DNA from: an uncultured Chloroflexia bacterium
Lineage (GTDB): Bacteria > Chloroflexota > Limnocylindria > QHBO01
Direction of reading: 5' to 3'
Length of the DNA stretch: 64,000 nucleotides
Assembly (NCBI GenBank): GCA_963814375.1
Contig: CAWFCQ010000005.1
Span: 224,001 to 288,000, forward strand
Shown here: piece after piece, positions 38,979 through 50,503 of the stretch
How positions within the stretch are numbered: position 1 is the stretch's first letter
Layout of the letters: each line of letters starts with the position of its first letter
Notes under the pieces: model-generated
What the model was told of the DNA's origin: nothing
What the model saw: only the letters and a program-made list of their open reading frames with translations
Database searches by the model: none
Position numbers and translations under genes: made by a program

Positions 38979-40249
38979 TCGTCGCCCCACTCGAGCTCGT
39001 TCGAGCCGATGATCACGGTGGTGCCCGGCCCCGCGCCCTGGCGCCGCAGCTCCGCGTCGATTCCGAGACGCTCGATCAGCCGCCAGAAGCGATCGCGTGA
39101 CTCGTCGTTCTCGAAGTTGGTGCGCGCCGCGGCGGTCTCGATCCCCCGGCCCCGGACCCGCAGGTCGGCGCCCTCGGCCACGACCTGCCAACCCTCGGCC
39201 AGCGGGTCGTAGCGGTGGATCAGCATCTCCGCAGCGGTCGGCTCGGTCGCAGCCCGAGCGTCGGCTGCCTCGATCGCGTCGGCGAGGCGGCTGCGAAGGG
39301 AATCGAGGCCCGTGCCGTCGTGGGCGCTGACGCCGATCGCATCCGGCAGCGTCTTGCGCAGGTCGGGCCATCGGTCTTGGACCTCCGCCAGGTCGAGCTT
39401 GGTGACGACGAGCGGCATCGGCCGCTCCATCAGCGCCGGGTCGTGGAGGCGCAGCTCCTCCGCGACAGCTTCCCACTCGGCCAGCGGCTCGCGCGCGGCG
39501 CCGTCCACGACGCCGACCATCACACGGGTGCGCTCCACGTGGCGCAGGAAGTGATGGCCCAGTCCTCGCCCCTCCGATGCGCCCTCGATCAGCCCCGGCA
39601 CGTCCGCGATGACGGCCGTCCGCTCCCCTTCGTCGTCGAGGGCGATGACGCCGAGGTTCGGGGTGATCGTCGTGAACGGGTAGGCGCCCACCTCCGGCCG
39701 GGCCTCGGTGAGGGCCGCCAGCAGCGTCGACTTGCCCGCGTTCGGCGCGCCGACGAGGCCGATGTCGGCGATGAGCTTGAGCTCGAGCTCGACCCATCTC
39801 TCCTCGCCGGGCGTGCCCTTCTCGGCGTGCTTCGGCGCTCGATGGGTCGGCGTCGCGAACCGCGCGTTGCCGCGGCCACCGCGACCGCCGCGCGCGACGA
39901 CGAGTCGGGCCTCCGACTCGAGCAGCTCGCCGACCCACGCGCCGTCGGGGTGACTGCGCACCACCGTCCCGGGAGGAACCCGGACGATGACGTCCGGGGC
40001 GTTGCGCCCGTGCGCCTTGCGGCCCATCCCCTTTCCGCCGGGGAGGGCGCGGACGTGGCGGCGACGCTTGAAGTCACCCAGCGTCGTCATGCCGGGCTCG
40101 ACGATGAGGATCACGTCGCCGCCGCTTCCCCCGTCTCCGCCATCGGGACCTCCGCGTGGCACATGGGCCTCTCGTCGGAAGGTGCTGGCCCCGTCGCCGC
40201 CGGCGCCGGCGACAACCATGATGCGCGCGCGATCAGCGAAGCCGGACAT
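38975..40249 (-). CDS. obgE: Obg GTPase
   Basis: Gly-rich Obg fold, GAPNAGKST, YPFTT, DVPG, TKLD. Confidence 0.95.
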   Translation of the reverse strand: MSGFADRARIMVVAGAGGDGASTFRREAHVPRGGPDGGDGGSGGDVILIVEPGMTTLGDFKRRRHVRALPGGKGMGRKAHGRNAPDVIVRVPPGTVVRSHPDGAWVGELLESEARLVVARGGRGGRGNARFATPTHRAPKHAEKGTPGEERWVELELKLIADIGLVGAPNAGKSTLLAALTEARPEVGAYPFTTITPNLGVIALDDEGERTAVIADVPGLIEGASEGRGLGHHFLRHVERTRVMVGVVDGAAREPLAEWEAVAEELRLHDPALMERPMPLVVTKLDLAEVQDRWPDLRKTLPDAIGVSAHDGTGLDSLRSRLADAIEAADARAATEPTAAEMLIHRYDPLAEGWQVVAEGADLRVRGRGIETAAARTNFENDESRDRFWRLIERLGIDAELRRQGAGPGTTVIIGSNELEWGDE

Positions 40250-40302
40250 GGGGGCGCTCTATCGGCCTGAAGATGTATACGTATCCACGCCAGGAACCGG
40301 GA

Positions 40303-41094
40303 TCAGAGGTACCGCAGCGGGTTGTCGATGATCCCGTTCACGATGACCTCGAAGTGCACGTGCGGGCCAGTGCACATGCCGGTGCAGCCGACGCCGCCGA
40401 TCCCCTGGCCGGCGCTCACGTACTGGCCCGGTGAGACCCAGATCGAGCCGAGGTGGTTGTAGACCGTCTGCATCCCGTTGCCGTGGTTGATGGCGATGAC
40501 GTTCCCGCCGCCGTTGTTCCGCCAGCCCGCCCACGAGACGACGCCGGACTGGGCGGCGGAAACCTGCGCGCCGTATGGCGCGGCGATATCGAGCGCCAGG
40601 TGACCGGCATGGAAGTACTGGCTGATGGCACCGGCCGGCACCGGCCAGAAGAGGGAATATGGTGCCGCGACAGCCGGGCCGCGGATGGAAGACCCGCCTG
40701 AGGAGTACGTCGAACCGACGCCGCTGGTCGTCGGCGCCGCAAGCGGCGTGGCATTCGGATCGACCGGCACCGGCGTGGGGAGCGGGGTTCCTTCGCCCGG
40801 AAGCTGCGCGCGCATGCCGCGATCGAGCATCACGGACTGCTCCTCGCCGAGCGCCTCGAGGTCGTAGACATTCGTGCTGAGCTCATCGCTCGCGTTCGCG
40901 GCGCCACGCGCCTGGCTGATGAGCGAGATGAAGCCCGGATCGGAGGTGGGACCATGCCCGTCGTGCCCGTTCGCGCTGGAAACGCCGCTGACAACAGCGG
41001 CGATGACGATCGCGACGACAGAGAGATGCGCGACGATCCGCGGCAGGACGGCGCTCTCGGTGATACGGCGGGTCAGCCGGCGCGGGTCAGGCAA
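40303..41094 (-). CDS. M23 family metallopeptidase
   Basis: HLALD, YNHL, TGPHVHFEV; N-terminal TM segment. Confidence 0.88.
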   Translation of the reverse strand: MPDPRRLTRRITESAVLPRIVAHLSVVAIVIAAVVSGVSSANGHDGHGPTSDPGFISLISQARGAANASDELSTNVYDLEALGEEQSVMLDRGMRAQLPGEGTPLPTPVPVDPNATPLAAPTTSGVGSTYSSGGSSIRGPAVAAPYSLFWPVPAGAISQYFHAGHLALDIAAPYGAQVSAAQSGVVSWAGWRNNGGGNVIAINHGNGMQTVYNHLGSIWVSPGQYVSAGQGIGGVGCTGMCTGPHVHFEVIVNGIIDNPLRYL

Positions 41095-41301
41095 TAGGAA
41101 GTCGTCTCCGCCTACAACGGGTCTGTAAAAGCTGCTTGCGTGAGCCCCTGTCGGTCCGATCTAGATGATCGCTCCTCTTGATGGCCGATGGCAGTCTCGC
41201 GCCCGCCGAATGGTAGCAGCGGAGCATAGGTGGCACAACCGGAAAGGTGCAGTCGGGCGGAGTACCAACGGATCGTGGGGAATGGTGGAGTGGTATTCGG
41301 T

Positions 41302-42253
41302 TCAGGGAGCCTGGTTGGCGACCTGGAGGGGCGCCGACCCGTTGTCGGCGAGCGCCTCGCCGTCTGTCCCCAGCGAGATCCATGCCACCGAACGCTCGGA
41401 CGGCGTACGGGGAAGCGCCGCGTCGATCACGACGGACTCGCCCGGGCCCAGCGCCGGAACCTCGACGTCGAGCGGCTCCAGCACCGGCGCCGCTACGAGG
41501 TACGGGCTCTCCGTTTCATCCCAGCCGGCGAGCAGCCGCATCCTGGCTGGCCATGGTGCCTGCCCGCTGTTCGTGAGGCGCAGCCGAAGCGTGCCATCCT
41601 CGATGGGCGGCGGCCAGAACGGCGGCCCGTCCCCGGGCACGGCAGCCGGAGCCGCGCCGACCGGAGCGTCGGCCAGGCCGATGCGGGCAGCGAGCTCACG
41701 CTGCGCAAAATGTGCTGCGAGGCCGTCGAAGAGCCCCGCCGCGACGGCGTCCTGACCGGCGGGCGAGGCAAGGAGATCGTGCTCCTCGCGCAGCGTGATC
41801 GAACCGACTTCGGCCAGGACGGACGGCATGAGGAGGCCGCGCTGCGGCTTGCAGAACGCGTCGCCCTCGACCTCGCAGGTGTCGCCATCCGCCCAGGTGC
41901 GGCTGATCGCGTAGTAGGCGACGGCCTCGGTGCCACGGTCCTCGCGGTCGTACGTCGCGAGTGGCTCGATGGCGGCCACGACACCGCCCTGGATCGCGTC
42001 GGCGAGAGATCCGCTGGCGTCGACTCCCCACGGCGTCTCGTCGTCGAAGAAGGTCTGGGTGGCGGCCAGCTCGTACACCACCCCGTCCTGCGTCAGCGAG
42101 TTGATGTGGATGCTCACGAACGCATCGGCGCCGGCGAGGTTCGCTCGATCGATGCGCGCCTGGAGCTCGTCGCGGGTCCGGATGCGGCCGGTCTCCTCGA
42201 AGCCGGCATTCCCGTCACCGTCGACGTCGCGCCAGTCCGGACCGGTGCAGGCC
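41302..42253 (-). CDS. N-acetylmuramoyl-L-alanine amidase, 3' part only (5' part lost at the junction)
   Basis: DELQARIDRANLAGADAFVSIHINS and MPSVLAEVG. Confidence 0.75.
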
Positions 42254-42373
42254 GTTGTGCGGGCGGCTTGCCCCGGACATCGCGAGGGATGGCGCCGTCG
42301 TAGTACTCGCTCCTGACGGGAGCCTTCCGCTCCAAGGCCAGGTATTGCTCCGGCGTGGGGCGTGCACCGTCAC
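42254..42373 (-). pseudogene. Uma2/DUF820 endonuclease, N-terminal fragment truncated at the junction
   Basis: TPEQYLALERKAPVRSEYYDG...AMSGASRPHN. Confidence 0.75.
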
Positions 42374-42862
42374 GGCGGCTGCTCCTGGGCGTTCTGTTCC
42401 CGTACCCGTCGCTTGAACTCCTCGAGCACCTCCTCGGTGACGTAAAAGGTCGTCTCCTGGACGAGCCGTTCGCGCGTCGGCTCATAGTCGATCAAACCCC
42501 GATGGGACGCCTCCTCGAAGACGCCGAGCGTCGACGAAGTCAGGCCGCGTTGCTGGGCTTCCTTCTAGCCCCTCCGCTCGTCGATCAGGATCCAATCCGC
42601 CTTTAGCTCCAGGGCAAGCGCGATCACGGCTGTCTCCCCGACTCCGAGCTTGAGCGAAGGGTCGATATGGGTCGGGTCCTGGACGGTGAGCCATTCGGGC
42701 GGGCTCTTCGCCCACGTCCGCACGACTTCCGGGCTCCTGCGGTGGAAAGCTCCTCGATGACCACGGACGGTGCATACACTCGCCCGAAGATCGCCGGGAG
42801 CACATGGGCCGTTTCGGTGAGGATGAGGTATTGAGCGGCGTCGTGTCCGAGACGACGATCAT
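42370..42862 (-). CDS. DUF3368/PIN-like putative toxin (frameshifted)
   Basis: MIVVSDTTPLN, LPAIFGRVYAP, GVGETAVIALA-like segment. Confidence 0.65.
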
Positions 42863-43120
42863 TCGGGCCTCGCCCCTCGGAGCGAACCGATTTCGGCTCG
42901 TATCTCCTCGGGTCGGTCCCGGCGAGACCTTGTGCCGCTTGAGGACCCCCTCGGTCTCGATGCGGGTCAAGCCCAACGCCTCGGCAAGCTGGTGATGCGT
43001 GATCCGCTCGTCGCGGTAGAGGTCCACGAGGAACAACTCCCGAGCCCGGCCGTTCAGGTCGGCTCCGCCGACGGAAAGCTCCTGCTCGATGTCCCTGGGT
43101 AACTCGAAGGTGATGGTCAC
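42859..43120 (-). CDS. UPF0175-like putative antitoxin
   Basis: VTITFELP...LVDLYRDERITHHQLAEALGL. Confidence 0.65.
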
Positions 43121-43348
43121 ATTCGTCTCCTGCTCGTCGTCGGGGCCTCCTCCCCACCCCGAGACCTCGCGATGATCGGCATACGTCAAGACCGCAGGTG
43201 GCACGGACAACCGATCGCGACCCTGGATGTCATGGGAGCCTCCACGGACCATCCTATCGCATCGACGGCCGACGACGAAACCCCTTCGGGCCCGGCGCCG
43301 GCCGTCCCGCGGTGGGACGACGCATCCCGAGCATCCCGGCAGGGCGAA

Positions 43349-43800
43349 TCATCGGTCCTCATGGCGTCCGATGACCTCCCGGATGGTCGCCCCCAGGACC
43401 TCGTAAGTGACCGGCTTGGTCAGGTGCGTGGCGAAGCCCGACGCGCGGCTCTGGGCGATATCCTGCTCCTGACCGTATCCGCTGAAGCTGATGCCGGGCA
43501 GCGTCGAGCCCCGATGGCGGAGGGTGCGCATCAGGTCCAATCCGCTGCCGTCGGGCAGGCCGAGGTCGCTGATGAGCAGGTCGAACTCCTGCTCGATGGC
43601 GGCCTTCAGGCGCACGTTGAGCCCCTCCGACTCCTCCGCGACCTCCTGCTGCCGGATCGCGGAGAGCAGGAGCGATTCGTTCATCGCCACCGCCCGCCTC
43701 CGGAAGACGGCGGTCTCCGTCACGTCCGTCACCTGGATCGTGAGTCCGGCCGCCCTCCCGGCCGCCCCGACGACCGCCCCCGCCGCATAGGACCAGTAGA
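43349..43800 (-). pseudogene. Hybrid kinase / response-regulator remnant
   Basis: AMNESLLLSAIRQQE fused directly to a half receiver domain FDLLISDLGLPDGSG...HLTKPV; adjacent to IS4. Confidence 0.6.
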
Positions 43801-43810
43801 CTCCCGGATC

Positions 43811-45290
43811 CAGCCCTCTTGGATGCGTCATTTTGTACATGTATGACGCGCTTCGAGAATCTTCGCGGTGGCGACGTGTTTGATCTTGGCCCCGCTCTGC
43901 TTCTTGGGCTTCGGCTTCTTCGGGCCGCGGGGGTGCTTGCGGAACTTCGGCAGGGAAACCGACCGCGCCAAGCGCACCAACACCTCGGCCAACTCCACGG
44001 GGGTCAGGTCGTGAAACACCGACCCATTCGTCTTCGGGGATCGCGATCATCATCCCCCGGTGGGTCATCTGGATCTCGTCGGCCACGTAGTAGCCCGAGA
44101 CCTCCTCCGCCACCACCTCCTCGCCATGCACCGACCGCAACGCCGCCTTGAGCGTGCTCAGCACGTTGTACGACACCAACGCCACGCAGAAGGCGAACAG
44201 CGCCGCCTTGGGATAACCCAGGGTGTTGATCTCGCCGTGGAGCGTCGCCTCCAATTCCTGGAACGCGGTCTCGATCGTCCAGCGCCGCCGGTACAGATCG
44301 GCGATGACCTTGGCACGGGCGTCCTTGGCCGGCACGTTGGTCAGCAGGTGGAGTTCGGTGTCCCCGTCCCGCGTCGGTTGGTCCAGGAGCACCGTGACCC
44401 GCCGCAGGAAGAGGATCTCGCCCGCGTCGTTGGTGGCCCGGATCGTCTGCTCGAAGACCTTGCCGGTCTCGATCCGGCCGCACGCCCGCCGCTTCCCGAC
44501 GAACTCCCAGTGGAGCGTCGAGGCGTGCTGTCGGATCACGAAGGACCCGTCCCGCCGCGCGATCCCGAAGAGGAAATCCGTCGTGCAGAAGTTGCGGTCG
44601 GCGATCCAGAGGTCCTTCGCCGCGACGATCGCCAGGACCTGGTCCAGCAGCGACCGCTCCTGGGCATGACCGTCTTCGCACAGGACCACGTCGGTGGCCA
44701 ACATCAGCCGGGGGTCGAGGACGACCAGCGCATGGCCGGGCAAGGCCCCGGCGCCGATCGTCCGCAACTCCTTGAGCCGGTGCTCGGTCCCGGGGAGATG
44801 GTTGCCGTCGAGGATGCGGACGCGATAACCGGGCAGCCAGTCCGCCCGGCCGCCGCCCATCGCGTCGATGACCGGAGCCAACCGCGCGGCCACCGCGTGG
44901 ACCAGCGCGGCCGACACGGCGGTCTCGGTGCCGTCGAGCTTGTCGTAGACGGCGTCGATCGTGGCCCCGACCGTCTCGGCCCGCGCCTGAAAGGCGGCGT
45001 GGATCGAGGGCCGGATGCGGCAGACGACCACGCTCATCAGGTCGACGATCGTGGAGAAGAGGAGCTTGTGGGTGAACTGCTTGCTGGGCGACGTCCTCGA
45101 AGAGTTGATCGACGATCCGGGGGTTCAGGGCGTTCTCCATGACCCCTTGAGCCATGACGGACAAGGGGGAATCCTGGGAGAACCGCTCGAAGACGTCGCT
45201 GAGGATCATCGCTGCCGCCTCCGCGGAGAATCGGTAACTCCGTATCTGGCGACAGCTTAGCAGATTCATGCGGACGACTCCAAAGGGCTG
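43811..45290 (-). mobile_element. IS4-family insertion sequence, 1480 bp
   Basis: IRs CAGCCCTCTTGGA / TCCAAAGGGCTG; 11-bp target duplication ACTCCCGGATC (43800-10 and 45291-301). Confidence 0.9.
43828..45209 (-). CDS. IS4-family DDE transposase (two indels)
   Basis: ILDG, IADRNF, YRRRWTIETAFQELE. Confidence 0.88.
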
Positions 45291-45439
45291 ACTCCCGGAT
45301 CCTACCCGTGTTCCTGCTCCGCCAGGCCCTCGCGGACGGGCGGGGATGCTTGTCCCACTCCAGAATACGCCGCCAGAGGCCGGGCCGTCGGTGTCGAGCC
45401 GCCTCCTTGTAGACGTCCGCGTCGACTCCCCGAGCCGGT

Positions 45440-45600
45440 CGTCCGGGACCTCGAAGACGCGGCACGGATCGGCTCGGCGACCCCTCCATGATACGCCCGG
45501 GCGATCGCTTCCGCGATGCAGGCGATCGTGTCGCCGTCGACGCCGATCGAGACGGCCTCGCGGACCTCGTCCTGAAGCCGTCGGACTCGAGGAAGGCGGA
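45440..45600 (-). pseudogene. ADP-ribosylglycohydrolase C-terminal remnant
   Basis: AFLESDGF...VREAVSIGVDGDTIACIAEAIARAYHGGV with an indel. Confidence 0.5.
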
Positions 45601-45698
45601 AGTCCGGCGACGTGATGCTTGTCCGGGGCGTGCCTTGATTTTACGATGGAGGGATCGCGCGTTCCCGGGGCGTGATCGAACACGAGGAAGGGGGCATC

Positions 45699-47040
45699 AT
45701 GAGTCAGGGACGAATGGGGTGGACCAGGCCTTGGCTGATGACGGTGGCGGTGGCCCTGGCGACGGCGACCGTGGGGGCGTCGCTGGCGCAGGACGCCGCG
45801 CCCGGCGGCCGGGGCAAGGCGGCGAGCAAGGCGCGCCGGGGCAAGGCGGCCAAGACGGCAAGGCGACAAGGCGAACAAGAAGGGGCGGCCGGTCGCGGTC
45901 GACCCGCTCGCCAAGGCGGTCGCAGAACCCGCTCGCCAAGGCCGCGCCGCCGGGGACGTTCCATTACAAGTTCAAGATGAACGTCCCGGGCGAGACCACG
46001 CTGGCCGCGACCTACTACCCGGCCAAGCTCGGGCACGACCGCCCCGGTCGTCCTGCTGATCCACGAGAAGGATCGCTCGGGCAAGGACTTCGAGGAGCCG
46101 ATCGGCGAGCTGAAGGGGCAAGGGCTGGCCGAGCACTTGCAGGGCGCCGGGTTCGCCGTCCTGTTCATCGACCTCCGCGGCCACGGCGCCAACCCGCGCC
46201 GGACGCTCTCGGCGAAGGACTGGCGGGCGATGACGGTCGACTTGCAGGCGGCGTATCTCTTCCTGCTCGACCGGCACAATCGCGGCGAGCTGAACCTCAA
46301 CAAGCTGGGCGTGGTGGCCGTCGGCGAGGGGGCGAACCTGGCCGCGGCCTGGGCCGCCACGCCGGGCGCCGCGGTCTCCACCCAGGGGCGTAACAGCGAC
46401 CTCGCCGCCCTGGTCCTGGTCTCGCCCACGGCGATCGAGGGGCGCGAGGGCCTCGAATCGGTCCTGACCACGCTCGCCCCCCGCGTCCCCCTGCTGCTGA
46501 TGGTCGGCGAGCGCGACACCGACTCCAACGCCTCGGTCAAGGCCGTCCGCCCCTTCGTCGAACGCACGAAGACCAACAAGATCGAGCTCGTTCCCCTCCT
46601 CGCTCCACGGCTACAAGCTGCTGTGGCTCGAGCCCAAGGTCTCCTCGGTCCTCACCCGCTTCCTGGACTCGACGCTCAAGTCCAGGGCCGACGAGTGGGA
46701 GCCCCGCTACAACCTGAACCCGGTCGCCTTCACCGACATCCAGGTCGTGCGCAACACCAAGTCCGCCACCCCCGCCAAGGCCAAGGACCTCGCCGACGCC
46801 AAGGCCAAGGCCAAGGACGCCCCCGCCAAGGCCAAGGATGCACCGCCCGCGAAGGCCAAGGACGCACCACCCGGCCGAGGCCAAGGACGCACCACCCGCC
46901 AAGAAGGATGCACCCCGGTAGGGCCATCCCGGGACGGCACGAGGGAGCTCTCGACGCAGCCCACCCGATCGCGGAGGACGAGCGGCTGCCGTCGAGAACT
47001 CGCTCGCCCTCCCCTTCCCTTCGCGTCCCTCGCGCCCTAG
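45699..47040 (+). CDS. Exported alpha/beta-hydrolase-fold protein with Ala/Lys/Pro-rich tail (several indels)
   Basis: Signal peptide; VLFIDLRGHG; VAVGEGAN; PLLLMVG. Confidence 0.65.
46774..46915 (+). repeat. Roughly 24-nt coding tandem repeat (AKAKDAPP)
   Basis: About 6 units of gccaaggccaaggacgcaccaccc variants. Confidence 0.75.
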
Positions 47041-47113
47041 GATGATCTATGACAACTGTCGTTTGGTCTCTCGGCCGCGTCACCGTCTCTCCCTTCGCGT
47101 GGAGGCGATTCTC

Positions 47114-47695
47114 ATGGAGTTTCTCTCGGAGGACCCCACGTACCTGGCCTCTCCGGGCTGGGGGTGGTGGCGGTGGCGTCGCTGATCGCGCTCCGGGTCA
47201 CGCAGCGGGGCAAGTTCTTGCTCGCGGCGGGGGTCGCCCTGGCGCTGGCCTTGGTGGTGTTCGTCGTCGAACGGGCCTGGGTGACCCAGGGCGAGCGGAT
47301 CGCCCATGGTGGTCGAGGACCTGAGGCGGGCGGTCGAGGCCTCCGACGTCGAGGGGGTGACCCGGCACCTGACCCCGGACGTCGAGTTCGTGCAGGGGGA
47401 TCGCACCGTGGGGAGCGCGCTGACGCTGGCCTTCATCCGGTCGACCCTGGAGCACGCCGGGCTCGACTTCGTGCGGGTCAGCGGCCTGACGACGGCCGCC
47501 TTCCCGCAATCGCGCCGGGGCACCGCCGAGTTCCGGGTGATGGCCAAGGGGAGCCTGAAGACGCCGGTGGGGTCGGCGACCATCGGCTCGGCCGGCTCGG
47601 AATGGTCGCTCGGCTTCCAGGAGACCAGCCCGGATGTCTGGAAGGTCAACCGGATCACCCCGATCCGCGTCCCCCGGGGGATGATGACGCCTTGA
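47114..47695 (+). CDS. Membrane-anchored NTF2/SnoaL-like protein (frameshifted)
   Basis: Two TM segments, then VVEDLRRAVEASD...WKVNRITP. Confidence 0.5.
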
Positions 47696-47762
47696 GGGCG
47701 GCTCGGGCGGATCCCGGGAGCGGGCCGGAGCGGGCGAGCCCGTCCGCTCCGCCCGGCGCCCA

Positions 47763-48251
47763 TCACTTCCGGTCCGGGTACTCGAGGATGACGAGCTTGT
47801 GTTCCTTCTCGTCGTAGCCGTATTCCTGGTAATGGGGGAGCGTGGGGAGGCGGATGTCGTTGGCCTTGACGATCTCGTCCATGAACTCCTGGAGGTCCTT
47901 GGGATAGCGGTCGTTCTCGGCCTGGTAGAGCTTCATCGCGTGCTCGATCTGGAGGATCGAGGTCTTGCCGATCATGGTGACGTAGGCGTTGCCCGTGAGC
48001 AGGATCGGGTCCTTGGCGACGATCTTGGTGCTCGCGACCTTCGCCCCCTCCTCCTTGATCTCGGGGTCGGCCGCGCGGATGTCTTGCGTGGTCTTGCCGA
48101 TGACGTCGCGGGGCCTGGAGGGTGCCGGCGGCTCGGGGGGCGCGGCCGCCTCCTGGCGCTTCTTGCCGGGGTAGCGCGGTTCTTCGCAGCCGATGGCCAC
48201 GAGCAGGAGGGGCAACACGGCCCGCACCAGGCGCCGTGAGACGAGGGACAT
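47763..48251 (-). CDS. Hypothetical lipoprotein
   Basis: Lipobox AIGC; [22 protein letters not shown]...YGYD. Confidence 0.6.
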   Translation of the reverse strand: MSLVSRRLVRAVLPLLLVAIGCEEPRYPGKKRQEAAAPPEPPAPSRPRDVIGKTTQDIRAADPEIKEEGAKVASTKIVAKDPILLTGNAYVTMIGKTSILQIEHAMKLYQAENDRYPKDLQEFMDEIVKANDIRLPTLPHYQEYGYDEKEHKLVILEYPDRK

Positions 48252-48283
48252 GGGGTCGCTCCTTTCGTCGCCTTCACCGCGGG

Positions 48284-49046
48284 TCAGCCCTTCCAGTTCC
48301 ACTGGCCGATCTCGGGGATCAGGTCGTAGCGGGTCAGGTCGAAGTGGAGCGGGGTGACGGTGATATAGCCCTCGCAGAGGCTGGTGACGTCGGTCTCGGG
48401 GCCTTCGAGGTGATACGGGGGGCTGTACGTCATCCAGTAATAGGTCCGGCCGCGCGGGTCGCTCCGGCGCTCGAAGCCCTCGCCGTAGCGGCCGACGCCC
48501 ATCGGCACGACGCGGATGCCCTTGGGCTCGCCCCGCGAGTGCGCCGGCAGGTTGACGTTGAAGAGCGACCCGGCCGCGCGGCTTGTTCGCCAGGATGCGC
48601 TCGATGACCCGCGTGGCGTGCTTGGCGGCGTGCGGGTAGTCGAAGTGCTCGGCCAGCTCGAGCGAGACGGCCACGCTGGTGATCTTGAAGAAGGCCCCCT
48701 CGATCGCCGCGGCCACCGTGCCCGAGTACAGCACGTTGATCCCCGCGTTGGAGCCGGCGTTGATCCCCGAGACGATCAGGTCGGGGGGCCTGGGCAGCAG
48801 CTCGCAGATGGCCAGCTTGACGCTGTCGGCCGGGCTCCCCTCGACCATCCAGCCCAGGGTCGAGCCGTCGTCCTCGTCGACCTGCTTGACGACCAGCGGG
48901 GTCAGCAGCGTGATCGAGTGCCCGACGCCGCTCTGCTCCAGCGCCGGCGCGATGACGGTCACCTCCCCCAGCCGCTGCAACTCCTTGCGCAGGGCCCGCA
49001 GGCCGGGGGCGAAGACGCCATCGTCGTTGGTCAGCAGGATCTGCAC
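48284..49046 (-). CDS. surE: 5'/3'-nucleotidase SurE (frameshift near 48575)
   Basis: [30 protein letters not shown]. Confidence 0.93.
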
Positions 49047-49147
49047 GTGTCGAGCACCCGAGACGCGACCGCGCCGGGCCAGGTCCAGTCGAGCCGACCG
49101 CGGCGCCGGCGGCCGGAGCCGATCGTAACGGGCCGGGACACGCGCCG

Positions 49148-50403
49148 TCAACCACCGCCCCCGGCGGATGGCGTCCGGGCCGCTCCGTATCTATTTGTAC
49201 AAAGAGCGCAGTTTGACGGGAGCCGAGTGGGTGTTCGGACCCCGGCCCGTTGAGAGTTGGGGTTGGAGCGGGAATCATCGACGGCCGCTCGCCGATCACC
49301 AGGAGCGTGATCTCGGGGGGGCAGAGGAAGCGGAGCCGAGGCGCCTGGCCGCGTTCGCATCCCACGCCGCGGCTCACGTAGATGCGGTTCCCCCCGAGGA
49401 CGTGCAGCCCCCCCGCGGCGACGGCGCGGGGGACCTCGCTCAGGGTCATCGGGGGGCCGAACCAGGGGACGACCACCTGGCCTCCGTGGGTGTGGCCCGC
49501 GACCGTCAGGTCGATCCGCGACCCCGGCCGCAGGCCCAGGACGACGTCGGGCCGGTGGGCGACGAGGATGCGGATGTCCCCATCGCCGGGCGACTCGTCG
49601 AGCCGCTCGACCGCCTCGCGGGCGGCCCGGCTGGCGTAGGCCAGCTCCACGCCGACGATGGACAGGCGACGGTCGCCGACGCTCACCCGGACGACCCCGT
49701 TGACGAGCGGCTCGACCCGGGTCCCCTCGATCATCCGACGGACCCGGTCCGTACGTGATCGACGTCTCCCATGGCGAAATAGACCCCGCCGGGGGCCGAC
49801 AGCCTCGACAGCAGACCGGCGCAGGGCGGGCAGCTCGCGCTCGAACTCGTCGTCGGAGCCCTGGAAGAGGTCGCCCGGCAGCAGGATCACGTCCGCCCGG
49901 AGGGCCATCAAGCGGTCGATCGCCCCGCGTTCGTAGTCGGTCACGCGACTCGTCTGGAGGTCGGCGAGCACGCCGATCCGGACCGCGCCGCGGCCGTCCC
50001 GCGCCGCCGCGACGGGGACGCTCGATCGCTCACACCGCAGTCGGAACGGCTCCCAGGACGTGGCATAGAACCCGACGGCGAAGAGGCCCAGGCTGGCCAC
50101 GGCCGCGACGCGGACGGGGGGCGAGAGCCACGGCCTGGAATCTCGAGCGGGGGCGAGCCGCGCGGCGACCAGCAGCGACAGGCCGACGGCGGGGATCAGG
50201 CCGACGAGGTCGACGTAGACGAGGTGCATCAGCCCGAACCGATGGACGCCCGCGGCGGCCAGGAGCGGCAGCTTGGCGGCGAAGAAGAGCGCGGTCGCCG
50301 CCGCGACGAAGCACGACCCGTCGCATCCGGATCCGCGCCCCCGAGGCCGTCGGGCCGCGATCGCGCGGAGGATACGCCAGGAGGGCCCCCGCGACGAGGG
50401 CAT
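49148..50403 (-). CDS. Membrane metallophosphoesterase (frameshifted; ends uncertain)
   Basis: [26 protein letters not shown]. Confidence 0.8.
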
Positions 50404-50503
50404 CGGAGAGCGTCGAGCCGATCAGGACCCAGGCGAAGGGGAGGAGGGGGCATCTGCCGAGTGCTCCGGGCCTCCGGCGACGGGCCGACGCCCTCGGTCC
50501 GGA

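Noticed and set aside
41095-41230. c-di-AMP or c-di-GMP riboswitch before the M23 peptidase
   Set aside because: I could not identify the conserved ydaO or GEMM motifs; an Infernal search would be needed.
43349-45037. Transposase-receiver domain fusion protein
   Set aside because: An indel near 44015 causes read-through past the IS end into the flanking remnant.
46774-46915. CRISPR array
   Set aside because: Coding tandem repeat with no unique spacers; no cas genes in the window.
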